Origin: Candidatus Woesebacteria bacterium GW2011_GWA1_44_23
GTDB taxonomy: Bacteria; Patescibacteriota; Microgenomatia; UBA8517
Direction: 5' to 3'
Length of the DNA: 64,000 nt
Assembly (NCBI GenBank): GCA_001001045.1
Contig: LCIL01000005.1
Location: 21,409-85,408, forward strand
This document shows positions 1 to 9,004 of the stretch, piece after piece; position 1 is the stretch's first letter, and every line of letters begins with the position of its first letter. The position numbers and the translations under genes are program-made. The notes below the pieces were generated by a model that was not told the origin of the DNA, did no database searches, and was given only the letters and a program-made list of their open reading frames with translations.

Positions 1-228
1 TTTCAGTATCTTTCCTCGGGATTTTTACAACTCATACTCCTCCCCCTGATTTTGATCCAGCAAAATCTTCAAAGCAGGCATGATGAGCTTAGGGCCCAGC
101 ATGATTACGAAACAAATATCAAGGCCGAAAAAGAAATTGAGGCTATCCTGCTTCACCTGGAAAAACAGGATGAAGTTATGCGTAAAATTTTGCAGAAGAT
201 CGAAACTTTGGAGAAAGCCGGAAAATAG
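1..228 (+). CDS. 3' fragment of a hypothetical coiled-coil protein (runs off the left edge)
   Basis: The frame is open from position 1 to TAG at 226-228. The translation ...QQNLQSRHDELRAQHDYETNIKAEKEIEAILLHLEKQDEVMRKILQKIETLEKAGK is heptad-like. There is no start codon inside the window. Confidence 0.3.
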   Translation, partial: FQYLSSGFLQLILLPLILIQQNLQSRHDELRAQHDYETNIKAEKEIEAILLHLEKQDEVMRKILQKIETLEKAGK

Positions 229-329
229 TTTCCGTCACATCCTCTCCGGAGTCTGTATACCCAGAAGCTTCAAGCCATTTTTGAGTACTTGCCCCACTCC
301 AAATGTCAGGGCAAGCCTAAGCTCTTCAT

Positions 330-1829
330 TTAGAAACTGTTGTACTTTTGCGCCAAATCATGTAAGAAGTTGCAGAGAAGGTTCGGTGAATATAATAGTG
401 CAGCCGATTCAATGGCTTCGGGGTATCTAACTAGACTCCGGAGAACTGATGCTTCTTCGGCATTTAAGCTTCCTTCCTTTTTTTTGCTTTCCGGCTTTGC
501 TTTTGCAAGCACGGAGTTCGTTCGGGCGACGGTATACTGAAGATAGGGCCCCGAATTGCCCTCCATGTTCATTATTTTGTCCCATTCAAAAATTACGTTG
601 CTGGCAACCGAATGCATCAGATCAAAATACTTTATTGCCCCAATTCCCACCTCTTTTGCAACATTTTCTTGGCTATTACCCAATTTTTTAGCCCTTTTAA
701 CCGCCTCATCTAATACCTCCTCCAATTTTATGGTTTTACCTTTTCTGGTACTGAATTTTTTGCCGTCGGGCGCCAGGTAAAGCCCGTGGGCGGTATGAAT
801 AAGCTTAACCCGCTCTTTCACAAGACCCAAAAGCCTGGCTGCGGCAAAAAGTTGCTTGAAATGAAGGGATTGTTCGGCTCCGACTTCATAGATAATAGTG
901 TCCGGATCCCATTTTCGCTCCCTGAACTTAATTGTCGCCAGATCGCGTGTTGCGTAGGTTGTGGCCCCGTCGCTTTTAAGAAACATCAGGGGTGTTCCTA
1001 TCCCCTCTTTGGCCAGATCGATAATCAGTGCCCCGTCTTCGCCTTTGACAAGATGTTTTTTAAAACCGGGGTCCTGCATCATTTGCTTCATTTCACTCTC
1101 GTAATAGCTTTCACCGAAGGCAAAATCTATTTTTACCCCCAAGAGCTTGTAAATCCTGTCAAACTCTTCCATTGAGGCGTCAACACACTTCTGCCAGATA
1201 TCTTTAGCCTCGCTGTCCCCCTCTTCAAGCTTTTTGAACCACTCCCGGGCGCTTTCTTCAAGACTTGAATCTGTCTCGGCAAGTTTGTGAAACTCAACGT
1301 AAAGATCCTCAAGCTTGGCAATGTCAAAATCGGCCACATTTTTCAGTTTAATCATGTAAAGAAGCTTCCCGAATTGGGTTCCCCAATCCCCCAAATGGTT
1401 ATCCCCCACGACGGTGTAGCCGAGTGCCCCGTAAAGATTGTATAAAGCGGCCCCAATTATTGTTGAGCGCAGATGCCCGATCCCAAAAGGTTTGGCAATA
1501 TTGGGCGAGGAATAATCAATTATCACTGTTTTGCCTTTGCCTGCGTCTGAAGTCCCGTATTTCTCTTTTCGCTCTTCAATTTGGCTTAAATTATCAAGAA
1601 GGGCTTCTTTTTTCAGCCAGAAGTTAATAAATCCAGGCCCTGCAACCTCTATCCGGTCCACTAAATTGGTTAAATCTTTGTTTACTTTTAACTTTTCTGC
1701 AATTTCCTCTGCTATTTTCTTCGGCGAGCCATGCTGCAGGGCAATGTTGGCGGAGTAGTCCCCGAAAGCGGGATTATCCGTTGCCTCCAGTCCGAATCCC
1801 AGGATTTTTTCTAGTACTGTTTTCATCAC
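330..1829 (-). CDS. argS: arginine--tRNA ligase (class I aaRS)
   Basis: 499 aa. HIGH-like motif SPNIAKPFGIGHLRSTIIG, the anticodon-binding C-terminal region, and a KFSTRKG (MSK-like) motif are present. Confidence 0.85.
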   Translation of the reverse strand: MMKTVLEKILGFGLEATDNPAFGDYSANIALQHGSPKKIAEEIAEKLKVNKDLTNLVDRIEVAGPGFINFWLKKEALLDNLSQIEERKEKYGTSDAGKGKTVIIDYSSPNIAKPFGIGHLRSTIIGAALYNLYGALGYTVVGDNHLGDWGTQFGKLLYMIKLKNVADFDIAKLEDLYVEFHKLAETDSSLEESAREWFKKLEEGDSEAKDIWQKCVDASMEEFDRIYKLLGVKIDFAFGESYYESEMKQMMQDPGFKKHLVKGEDGALIIDLAKEGIGTPLMFLKSDGATTYATRDLATIKFRERKWDPDTIIYEVGAEQSLHFKQLFAAARLLGLVKERVKLIHTAHGLYLAPDGKKFSTRKGKTIKLEEVLDEAVKRAKKLGNSQENVAKEVGIGAIKYFDLMHSVASNVIFEWDKIMNMEGNSGPYLQYTVARTNSVLAKAKPESKKKEGSLNAEEASVLRSLVRYPEAIESAALLYSPNLLCNFLHDLAQKYNSF

Positions 1830-1882
1830 GGCAATGTCAAGATCATGATAATATCTTGCTTGTTGATTTATTCTACAACATT

Positions 1883-2815
1883 TTACTCTATCCAGTACTT
1901 TGTTCCGTCGGTCGTTACCCGGATATCCCCCGCTTGATCGGTTCTTAAAACCTTGACGTTATATCTCGCCAACATGTCGATTATTTCCGGGCGGGGAAAA
2001 TTCCACATGTTTTTGCCAACGCTGATTACCGCAACTTTAGGCACAAGGGACTTGAGGAGATTCTCGGTTAATCCGTTGACACTTCCATGATGAGGTATTT
2101 TGATATAGTTGACGCCCCCTTCCGTCACAACTTTTGATAGTTCGTCGGATAGCTCCTTGGGTATATCTCCCGGGAAAAACCCCGAGAAGTTTTTGAAGCT
2201 AAGTATGTAGACTATTGAATACAGATTGGTGTCCCTCGAAATCAGGTATTTTGCCATGTTGTCGTTGAGGTCATTGATGATTAGCTTAGCATAGAGCTCT
2301 TTGGAAGGGTTAAGTATATCTAAATATATCAGACCTACCCCAAGTCTCATGCCTGCAACCGGACTGATGACGGGTATACCCCGACCCCCCACCTCTTTTT
2401 TTAGCACTTCATAAACGGAAGTGCCAGGATCTATCGGGTTAATCAGAATTCCGCCCACTCTATAATTTTTGACCACTTCTATTAAACCGCTTGAATGGTC
2501 CTTGTCCGGATGAGTGGAAATAATTAGTTCAACGTCACGGTCCCAAAAAGGCATGTACTTCCCCAGACAACTCAAGACGCTTTTATCAGGTCCCCCGTCC
2601 GTCAGTATTTGGGTTTTTCCGTAAGTAATTAATATCGCATCCCCCAGTCCGACGTCACAGGCGATAACATGTAAATTTCCGTCCGGCAACTGAGTAAGAG
2701 CAACAACTGCCGTTGCCAGCATAAGCAGTAGTATTCCAAAAATATATTTCCAAAATTTCATGCGAATAAATAAACCATTTTTACAAACCACCAGTTTAAG
2801 GGGTAGGAAAGCCAA
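1883..2815 (-). CDS. comEC: ComEC/Rec2 C-terminal metallo-beta-lactamase domain protein (TM helix + MBL fold)
   Basis: N-terminal TM helix, then HVIACDVGLGDAILI...TDGG and ISTHPDKDH...KIPHHGS, the MBL-fold motifs typical of the ComEC C-terminus. Confidence 0.75.
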   Translation of the reverse strand: MAFLPLKLVVCKNGLFIRMKFWKYIFGILLLMLATAVVALTQLPDGNLHVIACDVGLGDAILITYGKTQILTDGGPDKSVLSCLGKYMPFWDRDVELIISTHPDKDHSSGLIEVVKNYRVGGILINPIDPGTSVYEVLKKEVGGRGIPVISPVAGMRLGVGLIYLDILNPSKELYAKLIINDLNDNMAKYLISRDTNLYSIVYILSFKNFSGFFPGDIPKELSDELSKVVTEGGVNYIKIPHHGSVNGLTENLLKSLVPKVAVISVGKNMWNFPRPEIIDMLARYNVKVLRTDQAGDIRVTTDGTKYWIE

Positions 2816-3840
2816 AGTATCATTTTACCCAAAAACGGGAATGCCAGACCTATTACTCCCCCTATGCTTCCCAGAATCATAATATAAGGGATTGTCCAAA
2901 GAACAAGTGCGTTGATAAGCGGAGACCATATATTAAACTGTCCAAATGTGACAAACAATATCGGAGCTACTCCGATTTGGGCGGCAAATGAGGTGGTCAA
3001 GCCCTCTTTCAAAATCTGCGGGACAAATTTTAGCCGCTTTGCAATCTTTTTTTCAAAAAGCATTATGGAGGCAGTGGAAACAAAGGAAAGGGCAAAACCG
3101 ATATCGGTTATCCAATCCGGCTCAATTACAAGCATGAGTGCTGCCGTGAGAAACAAAATCCGCCACGCCGTAACCAGCCTTCCCGTTTCCGCCGCCCAAA
3201 AGGCCAGCAGCGCCATGACCGCTGCCCTGACAAGCGGAGCCTCAAATCCCGACAAGAACAGATATAAAATAATACCTAATATAACAAACAGTATCGCCTT
3301 TTTCCGCGGTAGCAAGAGGGTTGTTATACCCATTAAAAAGGAGACAACAAAAGTTACGTTAGTGCCCGAGGCAACTACGACATGGGCAACTCCGGTAAGT
3401 TTCACCTTGTCCCAAAAGTCGGCGGTTAATGTTCCTTTACTTCCCAAGATTATTCCGGCAGTTAGACCCGACATCGGCTGGGGTAAAACTTCCTGGTAAA
3501 AAGCGATTATTCTTTTTCGGGCTAGGGAGCCAAAACTTATATTTCCGCTTACGGAAATTAGTTTTGGATCTTTTAATTTTCCATTACTTACCACTCCTTC
3601 AACCACCACCCTATCCCCGTAAGACACTTCCGGGTAGGCCGGAAGGTAAGCGGTTAATCCCGCGATTTTAATTCCCTGAAAACCCGGATAACTAATCGGG
3701 TCGGTAAAGACGGTTGCGGTTATCCGTACCGCGTCCCCGTTTTTATAAACCGGACGGGATGAGTAAAAACGGAAAGCAATTAATGAAATTATGAAGACTA
3801 TTAACATCAAATTTCTAAAAATTGGAGGGTTTTTAGTCAT
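2758..3840 (-). CDS. comEC: ComEC/Rec2 N-terminal competence (polytopic membrane) domain protein
   Basis: 360 aa polytopic membrane protein with an OB-like N-terminal region and a competence-channel-like TM bundle. It overlaps the MBL ORF by 58 nt in a different frame. Confidence 0.7.
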   Translation of the reverse strand: MTKNPPIFRNLMLIVFIISLIAFRFYSSRPVYKNGDAVRITATVFTDPISYPGFQGIKIAGLTAYLPAYPEVSYGDRVVVEGVVSNGKLKDPKLISVSGNISFGSLARKRIIAFYQEVLPQPMSGLTAGIILGSKGTLTADFWDKVKLTGVAHVVVASGTNVTFVVSFLMGITTLLLPRKKAILFVILGIILYLFLSGFEAPLVRAAVMALLAFWAAETGRLVTAWRILFLTAALMLVIEPDWITDIGFALSFVSTASIMLFEKKIAKRLKFVPQILKEGLTTSFAAQIGVAPILFVTFGQFNIWSPLINALVLWTIPYIMILGSIGGVIGLAFPFLGKMILWLSYPLNWWFVKMVYLFA

Positions 3841-3860
3841 TAAAAATCGATAACCGGAAA

Positions 3861-4490
3861 TTAATATACGCTAACCAAATCTTTGACCTTTTGATAGACG
3901 GAGGACTTGAGAACCCCCTTCGACAAGAGTTCTGAGGTATCTGAGTATGGTCTGTATTCAATGATTCTTTGGCCGTAAACAGGGCCAATACCCGGTAAGG
4001 AGTCCAATTCTCCCAGGCTGGCTGTATTAATGTTAATTAGCGTGTTACTATCGGATGAAAAAGTCGATGATACAGTTTGATCCCCCCCACTATTTTTAGC
4101 ACTCAGGACATTTGAGTGCTCATTTATGTTTGGTATATAAACCTTCTGCCCATCCGTCAACTTTGACGCCCGATTAAGGTATTTATCGGTCCAATTTCTG
4201 TCGGCATTTATACTAAATCCTCCGGAAACGATCAATAAATCCTCTACCCTGCCTCCCGCCGGCAGTCTATAAACACCGGGGGTCAAAACTTCCCCGGCAA
4301 TTTCCACTGCAATTTCTCCGTTAACTGCGGCCGATGTAGTCGCCGTCAAAACCTCCACTTTAGTTGAAGGAGACACCAGTCCGCTTTTAACAATGAAAAG
4401 ACCTGTGGCGATTAATATCAGACCCAGTAAAAGAAAAAGGAGAGGATAGCGGAATTTAATAATCAGTTCGTCAACATTGAAACCATTCAT
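3861..4490 (-). CDS. comEA: competence protein ComEA (SLBB + tandem helix-hairpin-helix DNA-binding)
   Basis: N-terminal TM anchor. C-terminus ININTASLGELDSLPGIGPVYGQRIIEYRP...KVKDLVSVY is an HhH pair. Confidence 0.8.
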   Translation of the reverse strand: MNGFNVDELIIKFRYPLLFLLLGLILIATGLFIVKSGLVSPSTKVEVLTATTSAAVNGEIAVEIAGEVLTPGVYRLPAGGRVEDLLIVSGGFSINADRNWTDKYLNRASKLTDGQKVYIPNINEHSNVLSAKNSGGDQTVSSTFSSDSNTLININTASLGELDSLPGIGPVYGQRIIEYRPYSDTSELLSKGVLKSSVYQKVKDLVSVY

Positions 4491-4522
4491 CTAATTAGTT
4501 ATACCCTATTTAGATGACAAAG

Positions 4523-6640
4523 TTAACTAACTTGCCGGGGACAAACACTACCTTCTTGATGTCTTTTCCCTTTATGAATGCTGAACGGCTTACCCAGGAT
4601 CTCCACCCAAGCCTCTTCACTCAGGTGAGGCGCGAAAGGAGCCAGAAGAAGCGCCAGAGCCTCCAGGTATTCGGTACTATATGTTTTGTACTCGTTTATC
4701 ATATTTACCAATTCCATTAGGGACGATATCGCAGTGTTATATTTATACTCTCCGATGTCACTCCCTACCTTTTTAATGGTTTGGTGAAGTTTTGAGGTAA
4801 CTTCGGGAATTACTTTTTCGTTTGGCTTTTCGTTAAAAAGCTTCCACACACGCTTTATAAACCTGTTTGCGCCTTCCATGCCGGAATCCCTAAAGTCGGG
4901 GGAAGCATCCATCGGTCCCATAAAAGCTAAATACAGGCGGAGGGTGTCTGCACCGAACTTATCAATATAATCGTCGGGGTTTACCACATTTCCCCTACTT
5001 TTGCTCATTTTGGATCCGTCTTTTATCATGAGCCCGTGCGCGAAAAATTTGGGGAAAGGTTCGTCGAAATCTATATGTTTCAAATCATTTAGGACCATTG
5101 TTACAAAACGGGAATACATCAGGTGCAGTACCGAATGCTCCGCTCCGCCAAAGTAAAGGTCAACGGGCAACCACTTCTTCGAAATAACCGGATCAAACGG
5201 TAACTTTGAGGATGTTCCGGCCTTGACTGACGGATAACGCAAGAAGTACCAGGATGAATCAACAAAGGTATCCATAACGTCAGTTTCGCGTTTAGCCTGC
5301 CCCCCGCAGCTAGGACACGCCACTTGATAAAATTCCTTGTGGTTTGCCAAAGGTCCCCGTCCGGAGCCTTCGGGTTTATAGTCCGATATCGGTGGAAGTA
5401 AAAGCGGCAGATCCTCCTCCGGAACCGTAACCCAACCGCATTTTGGGCAGTCGATCATGGGGATGGGTGCCCCCCAATATCTCTGCCTGCTGACCAACCA
5501 ATCCCTAAGGTGGTAATTGATGTGTTTTTTACCCCAACCCTCCTTTTCAATTCTTTCCCAGAGAGAATCATCGGGATCCTTCTCTACTATATCCAAATGA
5601 TATTTTTTAGCAAACTCCATATCACGCTCGTCATGTGCCGGAACTCCCATCACCGATCCAGTTCCGTAGCCGGCAGCTATGTAGTTAGTTTTCCAGATCG
5701 GAAGTTTTTTCCCGGTCAGAGGATCAATCGCACATTCACCGTTGGGCTCGCCGATCTTTTCGGTATTCCCCTCGTTGTACATTTTCTCATCCGCAACGGC
5801 TATAAAAGTAACCGCATTTAATGTATCCGGGCGTGTGGTAAATACAGGCAGATTCCCCCCGTTCTCTTTTTTAAAATTGATAATCATCCCCTCCGACTTC
5901 CCTATCCAGTTTTTCTGGGCGCTTACAACCCTCCGACTCCAGTCTATTTTATTTAAACCGCCCAAAAGCCTGTCGGCATAGTCCGTTATTTTGAAAAACC
6001 ACTGATCAAGGTCTTTCTTTTCCACAATCGTCCCGCAGCGCTCGCATACCTTAAGTTCTTCCGAGTACGAGACAGTTTCACCCTCTGCATTTTTAGGGTC
6101 TTTACCAGCGGTTTTCGGGCTTACTACCTGCTCGTCCGCCAGAACGGTCTTACAGGAAGGGCAAAAATTAACCGTAGCCTTTTTCTTGTAAGCAAGGCCG
6201 GCCTCAAACATCTTAATAAATAACCACTGTGTCCATCTGTAGTAATCCGGATCCGATGTTGTTACCGTTCTGGTCCAATCATATCCGTGACCGAGGCAGC
6301 GCAATTGATTCTCGTAATGCTTCGTTGTTCTTTTAACAACATCTTGGGGGTTTTCATTTATCTTAATTGCATAATTTTCGGAGTGAATTCCAAAAGAATC
6401 ATAGCCGATGGGCTGAAAGACGTCTTTCCCGTTCATTCTCATGAAACGTCCGACAATGTCACTGCCCGTTGAGGCGAAAGCATGTCCCGCATGAAGTCCT
6501 TCCGCGGAGGGGTACGGAAACATCCAAAGGTTATAGAAATGATTCTTTCCGTTTTCTATATCCGCAACGTAAAGCCCGGTCCTGTCCCATTTTTCCTGCC
6601 ATTTTTTCTCAATGGCCGCGTGGTCATACTTTTTTTGCAT
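4523..6640 (-). CDS. leuS: leucine--tRNA ligase (compact form, 705 aa)
   Basis: HAGH motif, Zn-finger insertion CPSC...CERC, TTRPDT and GTGSVMGVPAHDERD editing-domain motifs, and KMSKS. Confidence 0.85.
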   Translation of the reverse strand: MQKKYDHAAIEKKWQEKWDRTGLYVADIENGKNHFYNLWMFPYPSAEGLHAGHAFASTGSDIVGRFMRMNGKDVFQPIGYDSFGIHSENYAIKINENPQDVVKRTTKHYENQLRCLGHGYDWTRTVTTSDPDYYRWTQWLFIKMFEAGLAYKKKATVNFCPSCKTVLADEQVVSPKTAGKDPKNAEGETVSYSEELKVCERCGTIVEKKDLDQWFFKITDYADRLLGGLNKIDWSRRVVSAQKNWIGKSEGMIINFKKENGGNLPVFTTRPDTLNAVTFIAVADEKMYNEGNTEKIGEPNGECAIDPLTGKKLPIWKTNYIAAGYGTGSVMGVPAHDERDMEFAKKYHLDIVEKDPDDSLWERIEKEGWGKKHINYHLRDWLVSRQRYWGAPIPMIDCPKCGWVTVPEEDLPLLLPPISDYKPEGSGRGPLANHKEFYQVACPSCGGQAKRETDVMDTFVDSSWYFLRYPSVKAGTSSKLPFDPVISKKWLPVDLYFGGAEHSVLHLMYSRFVTMVLNDLKHIDFDEPFPKFFAHGLMIKDGSKMSKSRGNVVNPDDYIDKFGADTLRLYLAFMGPMDASPDFRDSGMEGANRFIKRVWKLFNEKPNEKVIPEVTSKLHQTIKKVGSDIGEYKYNTAISSLMELVNMINEYKTYSTEYLEALALLLAPFAPHLSEEAWVEILGKPFSIHKGKRHQEGSVCPRQVS

Positions 6641-6687
6641 CTAAATCCTTTGCAAATTATATCGTATGAACTATACTTTTAGAAGAT

Positions 6688-7326
6688 ATGCAATTTGTAT
6701 CCCCAATCCTTGGCGTCATAACTGTTGTTGCTGCTTTTCTTATAGCGGTCAGTCCCCTGGCAGACTACGGCTTACAAATCGCGGCTTTTACGATGGTGGT
6801 TTACGTGGGGGTTTCTTTTTTAATCCGAAAGCGCATTCTTTCGGCAGACATCAAAGTTACTCTTGATATTTTGGTTTTTTCCCTGACGATTTCCCTTTTG
6901 ATATTTACCACCGGCGGTTTTGCCTCCCCCGTATTCTTTTTAAGCTACTTTTTGCTTTTTGGGGTAACTCTTTTTTCTTCCCCCATCACGGCAACCGCAA
7001 TTACCGTTACCTTCGCACTCCTTTTTATAGTTGCGCCAAAGGCCGATTTTTGGATGGATTTACTTTTCGGGAGACAATATATAAAGGTTATTGCGGACAA
7101 AAAAATGATTACCGGGCTTAATCAGAAAGTCCAAAAAGACAAAATTGATGTAACAACCTGGACCGAGGGGGATTTCCGGAGGCGCCTTCTCAGGATCCAG
7201 GAATACCTGCAAAAGCTTGGGCAGGACCCCTCCATCGAACTTGACAAAAAAGAAAGGATTAACTCACTCTACCGGCAGATTTATGATTTGTTTTTAAGCG
7301 GCAGAAGTCTGGAGAAAAAAATTTAA
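6688..7326 (+). CDS. hypothetical polytopic membrane protein with C-terminal coiled-coil tail
   Basis: Five to six hydrophobic helices followed by a charged C-terminal region. No recognisable family. Confidence 0.45.
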   Translation: MQFVSPILGVITVVAAFLIAVSPLADYGLQIAAFTMVVYVGVSFLIRKRILSADIKVTLDILVFSLTISLLIFTTGGFASPVFFLSYFLLFGVTLFSSPITATAITVTFALLFIVAPKADFWMDLLFGRQYIKVIADKKMITGLNQKVQKDKIDVTTWTEGDFRRRLLRIQEYLQKLGQDPSIELDKKERINSLYRQIYDLFLSGRSLEKKI

Positions 7327-7331
7327 ATGCA

Positions 7332-8039
7332 ATGCTTAAGCTTACCCTCGGCCTGATTGCATCCCTAATCGGAACAGCCAACGCGCAGGGCGTAATCCAA
7401 TCCCCGAATTATATAATCCAGATGCCGAATTTGAATTCGGGCGCCGGGATCCCCTCGTCCAGCAATTATAATGTCGGAACAACAATCGGCCAAACCGGAC
7501 CCGGGCTTTATTCGTCAAGCGGCTACCGCGTTAAATCCGGTTTTCAATATATTTATTCAATAATTCCGTTCTCCTTTACCATTTCATCGGTTTCCATTAA
7601 TTTCGGGAGCCTTATACCCCAAACTCCGGCAACTTCGACCAACACCCTGACCGTCGCAAGCGGAGGCGCGGGGGGGTATCAGGTCAAAGCTTCCGAAAAT
7701 ACTCCCTTGAAACTTTCAAGTTCGGCCTCAACTATTCCCAATACGAATTGTGACTCTTCCTGTACGAATACCACCGCAGGGGTGTGGAGTTCAACCTCAA
7801 GATATGGTTTTGGGTTTAACATGTCGGGGGATGACATACCCGCTGATTTTGTCGATTTGACATATTTCCGCCCGTTTGCCGATAGGGCCAATAGTGAAAG
7901 TCCCCAAATCGTGATGTCTTCAATTTATGTCGGGCGCGGCAGACAATCAACCGTCACCTACAAAGTCAATATTTCAGGGGTTCAACCGGCGGGAACTTAC
8001 AACAATATAATTACTTTTACGGCAATCCCAAGCTACTAA
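7332..8039 (+). CDS. secreted hypothetical protein (family A, shares a C-terminal motif with the 9005..10534 product)
   Basis: Signal peptide MLKLTLGLIASLIGTANA. C-terminus ...YKVNISGVQPAGTYNNIITFTAIPSY. Confidence 0.55.
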   Translation: MLKLTLGLIASLIGTANAQGVIQSPNYIIQMPNLNSGAGIPSSSNYNVGTTIGQTGPGLYSSSGYRVKSGFQYIYSIIPFSFTISSVSINFGSLIPQTPATSTNTLTVASGGAGGYQVKASENTPLKLSSSASTIPNTNCDSSCTNTTAGVWSSTSRYGFGFNMSGDDIPADFVDLTYFRPFADRANSESPQIVMSSIYVGRGRQSTVTYKVNISGVQPAGTYNNIITFTAIPSY

Positions 8040-8233
8040 AAAATGACAAGGCACAAACTACAAACTTCAATTATCGGCATATTTCTATTTTTACTTGGTT
8101 ACTTGAGGTATCCCTTTCCATCTCTCCCCCCATTACCGAACTTGCCATCCAACCGGGCAGAAGTTTCAGCCAGGTTTTTACCGTCAAAAATAACGGGGTT
8201 CCCGTCACCGTCGTTGCAAAGATTTTCCCATTT

Positions 8234-8938
8234 GTGCCTTTTGACAAAGAAGGGCATGCGGAGCTTATCGAGGACCAAAATTCCATTAATGCCTTTACCG
8301 GCTGGTTCTTTTTTGATACGAACCCAACGTCTCTCGGAACAACCGCCAGTCATGACTTTTATGTAAAAATTACCCCTCCCGCAGGAGCCGAGGAAAAAGA
8401 TTATTATTTTACGTTCATTGCCGAGGTCCAAAGCGACAACGGCCTGGGAATCAATAATTCAAAGGCGCAATCAAGAATCGGGGCAAATCTCCTGGTAAGC
8501 GTATCCAAAGGCGGGACACCGGGAAAAAAGGCTTCGATAATTACATTTGCTGCACCCAAAATAATAGACTCATTTTCCGGACTGACTTATGAAGTTTTAA
8601 TAGGAAATTTGGGATCAAGCTTTTTTAAACCGGTTGGCAAAATTACGGTTGATCAAATTTTAGGTTCAACCACTACACTCAACCTGGCACCTCTTAATGT
8701 ACTTGTGGGCGGATCCAGGGAAATCTCATGTATTCAGGAAGAAGAGCTAACCCCCTGCAAAATGCCCGGGAAGTTTTTGATCGGGATTTATAGAGCCAAC
8801 CTGAGTTTTACGGTTGACGGATCCGGCGAAAGTATCGAAAAACAAATTTATACTATAGCTTTTCCGTTTTCCATTGTCCTGGGACTTATTACTATATTTA
8901 TAATCTATCGGTTAATCAGGAGATTGGCCTCCACGTAG
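8234..8938 (+). CDS. hypothetical surface protein with C-terminal TM anchor; the 5' part is probably frameshifted (signal peptide encoded in another frame from 8043)
   Basis: This frame is open from about 8040 with no ATG. A signal-peptide-like MTRHKLQTSIIGIFLFLLGYL sits in frame 0 at 8043. C-terminal anchor ...FPFSIVLGLITIFIIYRLIRRLAST. Confidence 0.45.
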   Translation: MPFDKEGHAELIEDQNSINAFTGWFFFDTNPTSLGTTASHDFYVKITPPAGAEEKDYYFTFIAEVQSDNGLGINNSKAQSRIGANLLVSVSKGGTPGKKASIITFAAPKIIDSFSGLTYEVLIGNLGSSFFKPVGKITVDQILGSTTTLNLAPLNVLVGGSREISCIQEEELTPCKMPGKFLIGIYRANLSFTVDGSGESIEKQIYTIAFPFSIVLGLITIFIIYRLIRRLAST

Positions 8939-9004
8939 TCTCAGTTTCCAAGTTTGGTAATTGTCACTTGACAGGATTTATAGCATGTATAACAATCTAT
9001 CTGT

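Noticed and set aside
80-430. Plus-strand ORF 80..430 (116 aa, Cys/Arg-rich).
   Set aside because: It overlaps the 3' end of argS on the opposite strand, has low complexity and has no domain. The left-edge coding signal is better explained by the open frame 1..228.
4523-6640. Suspected that the short (705 aa) LeuRS had lost its CP1 editing domain.
   Set aside because: TTRPDT and GTGSVMGVPAHDERD, the hallmarks of the editing domain, are present. The size reduction is spread over a shorter CP1 insertion and a truncated C-terminal domain, so there is no clear domain loss.
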